Source: Oculatellaceae cyanobacterium bins.114 (GTDB lineage Bacteria > Cyanobacteriota > Cyanobacteriia > Elainellales > Elainellaceae). Taken from it: a DNA stretch of 59,226 nt. The position numbers were made by a program, and so were the translations under genes. Below are positions 38,501 to 47,809 of this stretch, one piece after another. Numbering within the stretch: the stretch's first letter is position 1; each line of letters begins with the position of its first letter. The DNA is taken from NCBI GenBank assembly GCA_033764315.1, contig JANRJA010000249.1, forward strand, positions 1 through 59,226, written 5' to 3'. Below the pieces are notes generated by a model, which saw only the letters and a list, made by a program, of their open reading frames with translations, had not been told where the DNA came from and did not search any database.

Positions 38501-39331
38501 GAACACTTCGATCGCCAAACTGCTATAGCCCGTCTCAGAATTCACATTAAAGAAAATATTTTCTACTACATGCAAGCAATATGGGATTATGAACCGCCCG
38601 ATCAAAGATTTTTTAGGCTCTACAACATTGAAGTCCCTTGGATTGAGTTGCAGGAAACAACAGCTAGGGTCCGAGCATCAGGCAGGCGGGTAGGAGATCG
38701 CAATGGGTTGAGATTTGCACCTGTTGACAACCCTCTATACGAAGTTGAATTGTCTATCCCAATTGCCTACTTTACTCAAACGCCTAAAAAGCTATCCCAG
38801 GTTGCCGACTTAGATAACTTGCTTGGCTACAAAGGAAACTACATGATTTTCCCAGCAATTCAGGCGAACTATTTGCATACCTACATGATGCAGGATTATA
38901 TCGACCCACAAACAGGCGGGCTACGAGATCCTGATGAGTTCAGCAACTACACTACTGAAGAACTCTTAGAGTATGCTTGTTGCTTACAAAAAGATGATCC
39001 AGAAATTTTTGCGGAATATCGAGAGTATCTCCTGAACCTGGTCAAAAAGCGTGTGGCCACACCGAGAAAAGAAAGCGAACTAGTTGTGGTGCCTACTGGA
39101 TCAGCTTATATCGAAGCATTACCAGGTAAGCATCCCATTCTGGAAGACTTCAAGCTTGTTCATCGTGCTTTGGATGTGAAGAAAGTTCAGGCAGAAGTTC
39201 GTAATGCTGAACTGGAAAATGTGCGTCTGGCTGCTCGTTTACTGGAAGGTGAACGGGAAGATCCTGATATCGATAAACGAATCATTATCGAGGGAAATAG
39301 TGAAGACATCATTATTCCTCCAGAAGCATAG
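35546..39331 (+). CDS. Large hypothetical protein, putative pore-forming/translocator (cassette 2)
   Basis: 1261 aa from ATG 35546 (GGAG RBS); beta-sandwich-like N-terminus; Ser/Thr-rich region with alternating hairpin; coiled coils; function is inferred. Confidence 0.75.
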   Translation: MYKVRGKVLVKETVIGIPNLQVVLYDLDNPEQFQGSKTPGEFFTDPKNPDPRLFWQLFPGDRLGSVLTDGQGEFELTFDEQAFQAREQTKKPDLVLFVIAPEDTLIDDKGNALPFPDLTRNRILHYSYDIAVNAGKSEQYIIRLSKAFLDRFQITYSSPLVDLTAPTVESVTKDLQESFKFEQGIQAVFRTQTRTRLEPALESKKKADQAFQNFTLSKVSPEVRASNTYFTPGENILGKLLELFGDRLANLPMLDRGARRKLVLHLTEEQLESWGLAINDGIVNGEVALSEIVTYIQDMTGGGILEYSRPVVENCLKEKEAEQLFEAALARCRADSNEEGENPQPDTEPAEPSADLTTSSLLREQLTRQMKHTTSPEQELKYGVERDGEIIATITKPSPADVTAYHDFHELQIAFEHVWTEVFDKSMPTFLRSIYSEMVRYKNRVSGVEELPPMRTVQDMRSLYADFVELQETIESVNLAPPEEIESVPRSVKTVLPEIIDEDWSNMTDSEQTALLRLGTEEEAEYAAWNRYNNESSIQVDSSEVPLFGRNGYNARRSQYTIGRDRRRADALRILQAAQARPRRATQPTTPPRTRSHSTNTRLQRLMQELDQRLAETYQFDIFAPNSANYGLMLTYRQKWVPGNYQVGDLVSTIPLAPKEIRKYSTKQVIKKSRSQKEIEDAQSTRSAESSSTSRADTEIAKQAREKTAFEANASGTISVGVFQGQFGTRFGVEAEKTSSSTKKNFREAVLKASEEYKQQRRLEIETSLSEEIEVTSSGEIMNPNDEITVTYLFYELQRQFEISERIHRLTPVILVANDVPYPDEIDEDWLIAHDWILRRVILDDSFLPALSYVTTSIAGDELTLQTLHDNVNRQVNLVEELTKQVQAKTRLANDAFEQLRRLMDVPINNADDAAKLKDIGMAMVFGPFSLAAGSGDDEAAEKREEIAKMAIERSDKAAQEVSAKLSREVTALQEAIDKYTRALQEHFDRQTAIARLRIHIKENIFYYMQAIWDYEPPDQRFFRLYNIEVPWIELQETTARVRASGRRVGDRNGLRFAPVDNPLYEVELSIPIAYFTQTPKKLSQVADLDNLLGYKGNYMIFPAIQANYLHTYMMQDYIDPQTGGLRDPDEFSNYTTEELLEYACCLQKDDPEIFAEYREYLLNLVKKRVATPRKESELVVVPTGSAYIEALPGKHPILEDFKLVHRALDVKKVQAEVRNAELENVRLAARLLEGEREDPDIDKRIIIEGNSEDIIIPPEA

Positions 39332-39354
39332 ATGAAATAACAAAATGGAGGTGG

Positions 39355-41481
39355 ATGATGAGTTGGACTGTGAGCTTCCAAGTTATTTCTGGTGCTTTTG
39401 GTAGTCGTCCCAGTGATGATCGAAATCAAATCTGGGTAGGGGAAACTGTACGTTTTACTCTAAGTCCAGATCCCAGTTTGCCCAATTCATACGCAATGTT
39501 GCAAGATGCCCGACGCACACGGAATTGGGCGCGTTTACCTCAAATGACTGTAACAGGTACACGTAGTGTGGTCGTAACAGCAAATGCGAGAGATCCGCTT
39601 CAAATAGAATATACGTTTCGGTGGGAAGGACAGAAGCAATTGCACTTCACTGGAACACCAGGAGAAATTGTGCTACCAACTGCTACTCGCGCAAGAAGAG
39701 TTTCTGCTACAACCCTATTTCCGCCCCTAGACTACGAACTGGATTTAAGAGTTGTTCCTCCGCCAGAGAGAGGAAGAGATGCAGCATCAATGGCAGGAGC
39801 GGCAAGCCGAGAATATCAACGAGGGGAGCGAGAACGAGAACAAGAACAAGATCGATATCGGGGATTGGAGAGAGAGCGACAACAAGCAGAGCAACGTGAT
39901 AGGGCTGCTAGGAGAGATGTAGCAGAAGAGGAAAGAAGCGAAATATTATCTGGTGCAAGAGGTTCTAGGCGAAGGGCATTAAGAAATGGGTTGCTTAACG
40001 TTCGCTTGAGGACTGAAACAGAGCTTCTCCGTATGAGTATTAGTCAAGTAGAGGATTATCTCAGAGATCTGCAAGCAGCAATCAATGTTACGCCACCACT
40101 CGACTTAGCTAATTATGGCTGGAGATCTCAAGGTTCTGAGTTGCAATATGCTGATGCTTGGGAAACAGAACGGTTGCAGGATGGGCGAATTAAGTTCTAT
40201 CAAGTACGCCGATTTAGAGCAACAAGACCAGCAGCAACGGCTCGTGGTTTTGAGATTAGATCCGTTCCTGAAAGCTATCGCCATAACGAAATTATTTTTC
40301 CTGGTAATGCCTGGATTGTTGCTCAAGTAACAGGGCGAAGCGAAAAAGCGCTTTTTCCAGTTGCCGATTTGTCTAGCCAACTTGAAGCGGAACAGTGGGC
40401 AAGATTATTTGGCAGTTTAGTCAGCTTGGCATTTTTTGTTGCAGAAGCTGCTGTTGCTCCAGAAGCTGCTGTTTTTGAGCTTTTGCTGGAGATGGTTCTT
40501 CCACCTGAAGTGTTGCTAGCAGTCGCAGGAGTATCTATTGTACGAGGATTGGTTTCTGGTCTGAGACTTGTCATTACACGAGGTCTCCGAGGTTCTGCGA
40601 GAAGTGCGGTTAGGAGTTTAACATCTACTGTAGATGATGCTGTAGGTCAAGGCAGACGCACTATTACTTCACCAAGATCTCCTTCTCCTTCTGCGACTGG
40701 TGGTACTGGAAGTCGGGCAGCAGGTGAAATATTGGATGAAGGTGGCGATATTGCACGACGAGGAGAAAGAGGAACAGAAGCCGCAACACGACCTGATAGT
40801 GAAGCACGAGGTACAACCTCTGCTAGCCGTGGAACTTTGTCAGTACCAGATACGGATGATATTGACATAATCCTAGATCGATCCTTTGAAGCAACATTTG
40901 GTGGGCAGTTAGTTGATATGAATGCTACCCCCTATCGCCCTCCCTCGGCTCCATTTTCTGTATCTGCTCGTGCAAGACAAATCTTCAGAGCAGCGCGAGA
41001 AAGGTTTCGGAGTCTTCAACCTGGATATGCGAGTCAACTTGGTGTTGGTCGAGGAGGGCAGGTTCATCATGCAATTGAATTACAAGTTATTCAAAGATAT
41101 GGATCGGTGTTTATTGAACGAGAGTTAAATTCATTTGTGAATATGCGAGGTATACCTCCTGAAAGAACAGCAAGTGGTATTATGGATGCTGTGAGGGGTA
41201 GACGGCAGTTACATAACTCTTATATTCGACAACAGTGGGATCGTCAGTATGCAATTCTCGATCAACGAATTAGGGAATTAGGACTACGGCGAGGTTCTCC
41301 TGAGTATCGTCAGTTTGTGCGGCAATCTCTTGAAGAAGGCAGACGTGAAATTGACAATAGTGTTGGTCAGTTCTTTAGCGAGGTTCGCATGGGAGAAACT
41401 TGGACTCGTCGAATGTTGCCTCAAGATATGGCATCTCTTCCTGATGCAGATGGTGTAGTTAGAAGAGCAATTTCTCAGTAG
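39355..41481 (+). CDS. Putative polymorphic toxin with C-terminal HNH/AHH-like nuclease (cassette 2)
   Basis: RBS GGAGG; hydrophobic central segment; low-complexity linker; tip QVHHAIE..RY..N.RGIP..LH..IR..W. Confidence 0.7.
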   Translation: MMSWTVSFQVISGAFGSRPSDDRNQIWVGETVRFTLSPDPSLPNSYAMLQDARRTRNWARLPQMTVTGTRSVVVTANARDPLQIEYTFRWEGQKQLHFTGTPGEIVLPTATRARRVSATTLFPPLDYELDLRVVPPPERGRDAASMAGAASREYQRGEREREQEQDRYRGLERERQQAEQRDRAARRDVAEEERSEILSGARGSRRRALRNGLLNVRLRTETELLRMSISQVEDYLRDLQAAINVTPPLDLANYGWRSQGSELQYADAWETERLQDGRIKFYQVRRFRATRPAATARGFEIRSVPESYRHNEIIFPGNAWIVAQVTGRSEKALFPVADLSSQLEAEQWARLFGSLVSLAFFVAEAAVAPEAAVFELLLEMVLPPEVLLAVAGVSIVRGLVSGLRLVITRGLRGSARSAVRSLTSTVDDAVGQGRRTITSPRSPSPSATGGTGSRAAGEILDEGGDIARRGERGTEAATRPDSEARGTTSASRGTLSVPDTDDIDIILDRSFEATFGGQLVDMNATPYRPPSAPFSVSARARQIFRAARERFRSLQPGYASQLGVGRGGQVHHAIELQVIQRYGSVFIERELNSFVNMRGIPPERTASGIMDAVRGRRQLHNSYIRQQWDRQYAILDQRIRELGLRRGSPEYRQFVRQSLEEGRREIDNSVGQFFSEVRMGETWTRRMLPQDMASLPDADGVVRRAISQ

Positions 41482-41556
41482 TGTCATTTATCCCTTGACC
41501 AGATCTTATTGAATTAAGCCAACTTATTACTGCTGCTTACCCCGAAAAGCTCTGCC

Positions 41557-41643
41557 GTCTAACAACCGTGTTGCAGCGGACGGTATCTAGATCTTGGTGT
41601 TGATACAAAGGTTATTCGCCGCCGCTGAACACGACCGTTATGC
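41557..41643 (+). other. attC site 2
   Basis: GTCTAAC..GTTGCAGCGG ... CCGCTGAAC..GTTATGC; TGCCGTCTAAC is complementary to the cassette start GTTAGACGGCA. Confidence 0.9.
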
Positions 41644-41696
41644 CGCTTAGTTCTCGGTTGAAACAGTACAGCAGGGTTATTTGTGGGAGATTGAGT

Positions 41697-42011
41697 TCAA
41701 CCTACTTGTGCAATCACTTGACCAATTTCTTGAGGGGTTGCACCTGTTGCCAGCATTGCCCGAATCAGCAGTTCAATAGAAACAGACGCATCACCATTTT
41801 CAGCTTTGGCAACACGGGGTTGGCTGGAGTGCAATTTATCTGCCAGTTCTGTTTGAGTCATTGATTTTTGCCGTCGTTCCTTCAGGTTACGGCTCAATGC
41901 CAGCTTAATTTCAATGAGTGCTGTTTCTTCTGGCGTGAGGTCTAGAAATTCTGAAACTGTTCCAACTTTCCAGCCTTTGTCCTCTAATTTTTTTCTCTTA
42001 GCTTCGTCCAT
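41697..42011 (-). CDS. XRE/HigA-like HTH antitoxin (cassette 3)
   Basis: MTQTELADKLHSSQPRVAKAENG; start probably 42011. Confidence 0.85.
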   Translation of the reverse strand: MDEAKRKKLEDKGWKVGTVSEFLDLTPEETALIEIKLALSRNLKERRQKSMTQTELADKLHSSQPRVAKAENGDASVSIELLIRAMLATGATPQEIGQVIAQVG

Positions 42012-42015
42012 AATC

Positions 42016-42357
42016 CTAATCCTCCTGATCGTTGTCATACTTGCTCAAGCGTTTTTGGCAGGTATCAATAATGCTGGCGGGAGTTGTTCTTGTTGTTTTG
42101 TGAAATACCTCAAGAATGAGAATTGCATCGTCATCAATACGGTAGATGATTCTCCAATTCTTACCTGCATCTCGAACTCGCAGTTCATGGCAGTGTGCCC
42201 CAATACTCGGCATTGGTCTTGAGTGGGGCAATCCTAAACTTTCGCCCTGTTGCAATCTCCTCAACAAAACACCTGTTTCTATGCGTGCTTCTTGGCTAAA
42301 GGGTGGGGTTTTTACCTCCCCATGTAACCACACCAATGGTTTATCTGTTTTGTCCAT
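42016..42357 (-). CDS. RelE/HigB (Gp49-like) toxin (cassette 3)
   Basis: LGLPHSRPMPSIG..CHELRV..WRIIY..F.KTT..TP. Confidence 0.88.
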   Translation of the reverse strand: MDKTDKPLVWLHGEVKTPPFSQEARIETGVLLRRLQQGESLGLPHSRPMPSIGAHCHELRVRDAGKNWRIIYRIDDDAILILEVFHKTTRTTPASIIDTCQKRLSKYDNDQED

Positions 42358-42365
42358 ACACCTTT

Positions 42366-42383
42366 TATATCATATCTGATATA
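42366..42383. promoter_or_regulatory. Candidate TA operator TATATCA-N4-TGATATA
   Basis: Perfect dyad just upstream of the toxin start. Confidence 0.55.
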
Positions 42384-42401
42384 CTTGCATTAGTTGTCGC
42401 A

Positions 42402-42487
42402 CTCCAACAATTGCGGTGCAGCGGATTGACGAAGCCGCTTGGGTAGGATGCAAAGGTATCGGCAACCGCTGACCGCAAGCGTTGTGC
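42402..42487 (+). other. attC site 3
   Basis: CTCCAAC..TTGCGGTGCAGCGG ... CCGCTGACCGCAA..GTTGTGC. Confidence 0.85.
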
Positions 42488-42589
42488 TGCGGAAGCTCTT
42501 GGTGGGGACATCTCTGTAAGGTTATTTGTGAGGCACTTGGTTTAAGTTTTTGTAGAATAGATAGCAAAGCCAGTCCGCAATCACCAACC

Positions 42590-42853
42590 ATGCCGCAAGC
42601 ACTTCTCAACCAAATTATTAATCAGTTGCAGTCGCTAGAACCATCTGAGTTACAGCAGCTTAGTCAGGTAATCCAAAGATATTTAAGAGATGACGAAGTG
42701 CCTGCAAAGCGAGCAGCATTCCATCAAGCATTAGTAGGATCTGGGTTGGTTCGGCAGATTAAGAACCCAAATTTTGAAGAGAGGACGCATCAACGTCTTA
42801 TCCAGGTTCAAGGTGAACCAATTTCCCAAACAATTGTTGGGGAACGCCGCTAG
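42590..42853 (+). CDS. Putative antitoxin (cassette 4)
   Basis: C-terminal I.VQGEPISQTIV.ERR; abuts the VapC gene; start ATG 42590. Confidence 0.75.
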   Translation: MPQALLNQIINQLQSLEPSELQQLSQVIQRYLRDDEVPAKRAAFHQALVGSGLVRQIKNPNFEERTHQRLIQVQGEPISQTIVGERR

Positions 42854-43318
42854 ATGGCAATCTATTTTCTAGATAGTAGTGCGCTGGTCAAGCGATATAT
42901 CAACGAAACTGGTTCAGCGTGGGTGTTAGGCTTGTTTACTCCAACGTTAAGCAACGAATTTTTTGATGCAGCGATAACAGGGGTTGAAATTGTTGCCGCA
43001 ATTACACGAAGGGCACGTAACAGTAGTATTACCGCAGCAGATGCAGCGTTAGTTTGTAATCAGTTGAGGAGTGATTTACAAACTGATTATCAGGTTATTG
43101 AAATTACAGAAGGGATTATTAATTCCGCTATGGCACTAGCTGAGACACAAGGGTTACGTGGTTACGATGCTGTTCAGCTAGCGGCGGGGTTTGCAATCAA
43201 TCAGCTTTGTATGGCTAACGGGTTATCGCCAATCATTTTTGTTTCCGCAGATGAGGAATTAAACCTGGCTGCTGTTAACGAAGGGCTATTGATTGAGAAT
43301 CCAAATCACTATCCATAG
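42854..43318 (+). CDS. VapC PIN-domain toxin (cassette 4)
   Basis: YFLDSSALVKRY.NE.GS, LRGYDAVQLA, FVSADEEL. Confidence 0.9.
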   Translation: MAIYFLDSSALVKRYINETGSAWVLGLFTPTLSNEFFDAAITGVEIVAAITRRARNSSITAADAALVCNQLRSDLQTDYQVIEITEGIINSAMALAETQGLRGYDAVQLAAGFAINQLCMANGLSPIIFVSADEELNLAAVNEGLLIENPNHYP

Positions 43319-43322
43319 CGCA

Positions 43323-43407
43323 GCACAACAACCCCAATGCAGCGGACAATTGAGAGCGACTGGTGCTGAGCATTAGGCTATAGTTGCCACTGATTGGAAC
43401 GTTAGGC
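43323..43407 (+). other. attC site 4
   Basis: GCACAAC..CCAATGCAG ... CTGATTGG..GTTAGGC; CGCAGCACAAC is complementary to the cassette start GTTGTGCTGCG. Confidence 0.87.
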
Positions 43408-43527
43408 TGCATGTCGTATTCGTGAGGACTGCATATTCAGGTTACTTTCAAAGTATTAAATGCTTGATCACAGATAAACCTTCAATACTATGAGTGAGCC
43501 GATATTTTTGGGAGATTGGTTTCCCTT

Positions 43528-43612
43528 CCAACCTCTCCCAACCTCTCCTTGCCAAGGGGAGGTGCCGTAGGCGGTGGGGTCAAGTACAAGGTTCGCTGCT
43601 TAAATGGGTATT
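43528..43612. repeat. Dispersed palindromic element
   Basis: CTCCTTGCCAAGGGGAGGTGCCGTAGGCGGTGGGGT; relatives at ~26262-26365 and ~49985-50070. Confidence 0.65.
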
Positions 43613-43658
43613 AGATAAATACCCTGGACTAGTATTGTTATTTTTCAACGCTTAAAGT

Positions 43659-46370
43659 TCACTTTGCGACAGTGGTTAAGGGGTGCCTCTTCAACAACTC
43701 AGGAATCTGATTTTGCACACCATAAATACCATTGAGGTGAATCAGTTTGGCAATCACGCCTGCCCACCCCGTTTGATGACTGGCACCCAGTCCAGCACCA
43801 TTATCACCGTTGTAATATTCATGGAAGAGAATATGATCACGCCAATGCGGATCAGTCTGAAATTTTGACTGTTTACCAAACACAGGTCGGTGTCCCAATT
43901 CATTACGGGTAAAGATTTTAATCAGTCGTTGAGAGAGGTCGATCGCCACTTCTCCCAATGTCATTTCCTGCCCTGATCCGGTTGGGCACTCAACTTTAAA
44001 ATCATCACCCAAATAGGTATAAAACTCCTGTAACGATTCAATGATCAGGAGATTCATTTGTAGCCAGATGGGTCCGCGCCAATTAGAGTTACCGCCAAAC
44101 AAACTGCTTCCTGATTCGGCTGGCTCATATTTCACCTCATACCGCTGACCCTCAACTTCAAACCCATAGGGATGCTCTGCATGGTATTTAGAGACAGAGC
44201 GAATGCCGTAGGGACTGAGGAATTCATTCTCATCAAGCATTCGATGTAGGATTCGTTGGAGGCGATCGCGATTCACAATTGCCAGTAGCCTGCGATCGCC
44301 TTTTCCGTGTTGCTGCATACAAGCAATTCCTGATGTTAAATCACGTCGATGTTCAATGAACCACTCGGTTCTACGTTTGAAATCTGGAAACTGCTCCAGG
44401 GTTTCTAACTCCATTGGTTGAACTGCAAATAGTGGCACTAACCCGACCATTGATCGTACTTTCAGCAGCATTTGCTTGTCACAATTAGGAAAATGCAAGG
44501 CATCGTAGTAGAACCCATCTTCCTCATCCCACAAAGGCATTTCAGTTTCACCGATACCATTCATGGCATTTGAGATTCGCAAGAAATGCTCAAAGAATTT
44601 GCTGGCAATATCTTCGTAAACTGAGTTTTCTTTGGCTAGTTCGAGGGCAATGGTGAGCATATTCAAAGCATACATTGCCATCCAACTGGTACCGTCAGAC
44701 TGAGTCAGAGAACCACCTCCAGGTAGTTGGGCGTTGCGATCGAACACGCCAATGTTGTCCATACCCAGGAAACCACCCTGGAAGACATTTTTACCTTCCG
44801 TATCGATACGATTCGTCCACCAGGTAAAGTTGAGCAGCAACTTTTGAAAAACCCGTTCCAGGAAGTGGCGATCGCGGCGTCCATAAATCTCTTGCTCTAT
44901 TTGATAGACTCGCATGGCAGACCAGGCAAACAGGGGTGGATTGCCATCACTAAACGACCATTCATAGGCAGGAAGTTGCCCATTTGGGTGCATGTACCAT
45001 TCTCGTGTCAGTCGTTGCAACTGGCGTTTGGCAAAGTCCGGATCGAGCATGGCTAATGGTAGTACATGAAATGCCATATCCCAAACGGCATACCACGGAA
45101 ACTCCCATTTATCGGGCATCGAAAGAATGTCGTTATTGAAGAGATGTAGCCACTCCCCATTGCGGAGCGATCGCCGCTCTGGGGGTGGGGTGGGTCCTGC
45201 TGGATCACCTTTGATCCAGTCTTCTAAAACAAAATAGTAGAATTGCTTTGTCCACAACATACCTGCAAACGCCTGTCGTTGTATGTGGCGTTCATCGTCA
45301 GTCAGGTCACAAGGCTTTGTAATTCGGGCGTAAAATTCGTCTGCTTCTTGCTGTCGGGTATGAAAGATAGATTCAAAGTTACCCAAGGGAGCATTACTAT
45401 CGCTGTCGGGTGAAACATCAGTCAGGCGTAACTTCACCGATTGAGTTTCTCCCGGTTGAATCGTCAGCACATAATGAACCGCTGCTTTTGTTCCAACCTG
45501 CTCTGGATTGACCGCATCCTGCTGCCCTTGAATCAGGTAATTATGAATTCCATCTTTGACATAAGGTGATTGATTAGGTGTGTTAAACAATCGCTCAACA
45601 TTGGTCTCATTTTCGGTAAACAACACCTCTAGCGATTCTTCAAAATGAAGCCAGTGTTGTTTTAGAAGTGGATGAGACGCTTCAACAATATTGAGAGTGG
45701 ATAATCTTTTTAAGCTCGGTTTTTCAAAGTCATAGCCCCATGACCAGTAGTTGCGAAACCAGAGGGTGGGCAACAGATGCAGCGTTTTTGTCTCGGCTCC
45801 TCGATTGGTTACATGAATCCAAATCAAAATATCTTCTGATGAGTTCTTGGCGTATTCAATGTAGACATCAAAGTAACGGTTCTCATCAAAAATTCCGGTA
45901 TCTAGAAGTTCATATTCTGGATCTTCATACCCACGTTTTTGATTCTCTTCAACTAATTCATGATAAGGAAATGCTTGTTGTGGATACTTATACAAACACT
46001 TCATATAGGAGTGTGTGGGCGTATTATCCAGGTAGAAATAATACTCCTTAACATCTTCTCCGTGATTACCTTCGGTGCTATTTAAGCCAAACATTCGCTC
46101 TTTTAGAATTGAGTCTTCTCCATTCCACAAGGCAATGGCAAAACACAATCGCTGATGATTATCTGACAGTCCTGCAATACCGTCTTCGCCCCAACGATAT
46201 GCCCGCGATCGCGCCTGATCGTGAGGGAAATAGTCCCAGGCACTCCCATCAGCAGAGTAATCTTCTCGCACCGTACCCCACTGCCGCTCTGAGAGATAAG
46301 GACCCCAACGACTCCAATAAGCAGTGCGATCGCGTTCTTCTTGTAATCGTTGTTCTTCTGCGGTCATCAT
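43659..46370 (-). CDS. MGH1-like/GH63 glycoside hydrolase (glucosidase)
   Basis: [49 protein letters not shown]. Confidence 0.9.
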   Translation of the reverse strand: MMTAEEQRLQEERDRTAYWSRWGPYLSERQWGTVREDYSADGSAWDYFPHDQARSRAYRWGEDGIAGLSDNHQRLCFAIALWNGEDSILKERMFGLNSTEGNHGEDVKEYYFYLDNTPTHSYMKCLYKYPQQAFPYHELVEENQKRGYEDPEYELLDTGIFDENRYFDVYIEYAKNSSEDILIWIHVTNRGAETKTLHLLPTLWFRNYWSWGYDFEKPSLKRLSTLNIVEASHPLLKQHWLHFEESLEVLFTENETNVERLFNTPNQSPYVKDGIHNYLIQGQQDAVNPEQVGTKAAVHYVLTIQPGETQSVKLRLTDVSPDSDSNAPLGNFESIFHTRQQEADEFYARITKPCDLTDDERHIQRQAFAGMLWTKQFYYFVLEDWIKGDPAGPTPPPERRSLRNGEWLHLFNNDILSMPDKWEFPWYAVWDMAFHVLPLAMLDPDFAKRQLQRLTREWYMHPNGQLPAYEWSFSDGNPPLFAWSAMRVYQIEQEIYGRRDRHFLERVFQKLLLNFTWWTNRIDTEGKNVFQGGFLGMDNIGVFDRNAQLPGGGSLTQSDGTSWMAMYALNMLTIALELAKENSVYEDIASKFFEHFLRISNAMNGIGETEMPLWDEEDGFYYDALHFPNCDKQMLLKVRSMVGLVPLFAVQPMELETLEQFPDFKRRTEWFIEHRRDLTSGIACMQQHGKGDRRLLAIVNRDRLQRILHRMLDENEFLSPYGIRSVSKYHAEHPYGFEVEGQRYEVKYEPAESGSSLFGGNSNWRGPIWLQMNLLIIESLQEFYTYLGDDFKVECPTGSGQEMTLGEVAIDLSQRLIKIFTRNELGHRPVFGKQSKFQTDPHWRDHILFHEYYNGDNGAGLGASHQTGWAGVIAKLIHLNGIYGVQNQIPELLKRHPLTTVAK

Positions 46371-46890
46371 ATTCCTTCGTCACATGTCAGAATTACTGGT
46401 AACTTGATTCATGCCCACTGAATCGTTTTTTCTGTAGGCAAAAAGCTCTGTTGTAGATGGATGAAAGCGGATAGAAGTAACTAGTTCGGTTTTAGTTGCG
46501 ATCGGTGGATGCAATAGCTCTCAGTGTCACTGGTTTTCTATCACTGCACTTGTAATGATTCAATGCTTCTAGAATAAAGGCTGAATCAAGGTTCTAGATA
46601 TTGAGTAAGTCGTGTCTTATACTCGCAAACGTTTTTCAATCATCAAACATAAAGTAATTTGAGTAAGGTAATCTGAGTAATTTACTGACTCGTTATGACT
46701 CTTTATTGTTAGTAATTTACAAAATCACTGGCTCATCCAAAAGTTAGAAATGTATTGTCTTTTTATATCAACTTCTTATATTCATTCGAGATTTGCAACC
46801 TGCTTTTCCTCAAGTGGTCTTGGCAATTCACCCATCAAAAAACCGCTCATCACCCTTGGTGCAAGCGGTTCTACAAATTGTTCAAGACGT

Positions 46891-47119
46891 TTAGAATTTC
46901 TCTACAGCAGGTCGTAAATCAAGTTCCAATGTCCATGCAGTTGGGTCTTGGCTGTGAAGTTGCCAGTACATCTCAAGCGATCGCCTCAGGTTTCAGCATT
47001 GTGTGCTCCTCACGCTCTAGTGCCATTGAACGCACTCTAGCCGTGTTAATTATTCCATCTACGACAATATGAGCAATATGAATTCCTTGAGGACCGAACT
47101 CTCGTGCCAAGGATTGTGC
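46891..47119 (-). pseudogene. Frameshifted C-terminal fragment of an SDR oxidoreductase
   Basis: AQSLAREFGPQGIHIAHIVVDG..LKPEAIA, then after a frameshift EMYWQLHSQDPTAWTLELDLRPAVEKF*. Confidence 0.82.
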
Positions 47120-47272
47120 ACATCAGGTTTGCAGTCAATGATTTTGAGATGAGTAAAGCGTTCACAATGGAGTTTTCAGAGTAAACGTCTCAGAAAACTG
47201 TTCAATGAGTTTGCCACAATTGCCGCTGCTAACAACTACTGGAAGAATTAGGATGTTACTCTTGCAAGCTCT

Positions 47273-47806
47273 GTGAAAGTGATGCATATCATCGTTCAAG
47301 GTCAATCGATGCGGTTGGTCGGCTTACCACTGAAGGAGGGCGATCGCGCTCGTAATGTGCGGGTGATGGGCAATGACCTGTCACCCGTGCTACCTCTGGC
47401 GCAATCACACGGAAAAATACGGCTTTTCCTAACGGTTCCTTCTGTCGATCTTTCACCCTGTAGTGCGGTTATCAGAACGTTCAGCGAAATGCTGGCGACT
47501 CTGAATGGTTCCGTTGCCAGTTTCCTGATCTCTGCGGATCTTCCCTTTGCCCAAGTTCGCTGGCAAACAGCGGCAGACATTGACAACATAACGTTACTCT
47601 CTGACTACCGAGATATGGATTTTGCCCGCAATTGGGGGCTGTTGATTCAAGACCTGGGACTGTTAGCCTGTGCTGTCTTTGTGGTCAATTCCAGCGGTAT
47701 TGTGACTTATCGAGAAATTGTCTCTGAGCTAACCGCTGAACCCGATTACAACACAGCGATCGCTGCTCTTGCAGCCGAAATCACCAGATCCAGCGCATCA
47801 TTGTAA
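47273..47806 (+). CDS. tpx: Thiol peroxidase (Tpx)-like protein, possibly degenerate
   Basis: VPSVD..PC, ISADLPFAQ.RW, LSDYR..F...WG, Y.EIV.EL..EPDY. Confidence 0.75.
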   Translation: MKVMHIIVQGQSMRLVGLPLKEGDRARNVRVMGNDLSPVLPLAQSHGKIRLFLTVPSVDLSPCSAVIRTFSEMLATLNGSVASFLISADLPFAQVRWQTAADIDNITLLSDYRDMDFARNWGLLIQDLGLLACAVFVVNSSGIVTYREIVSELTAEPDYNTAIAALAAEITRSSASL

Positions 47807-47809
47807 TGA

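Larger units (their letters stand above)
33332..43407. mobile_element. Integron with defective integrase and four gene cassettes
   Basis: intI remnant, attI core GTTAGCC and four attC sites; core/inverse-core complementarity holds for cassettes 1, 2 and 4. Confidence 0.88.

Noticed and set aside
43408..43570. Fifth integron cassette
   Set aside because: Only a short ORF running into a dispersed repeat; no matching GCCTAAC attC was seen downstream.
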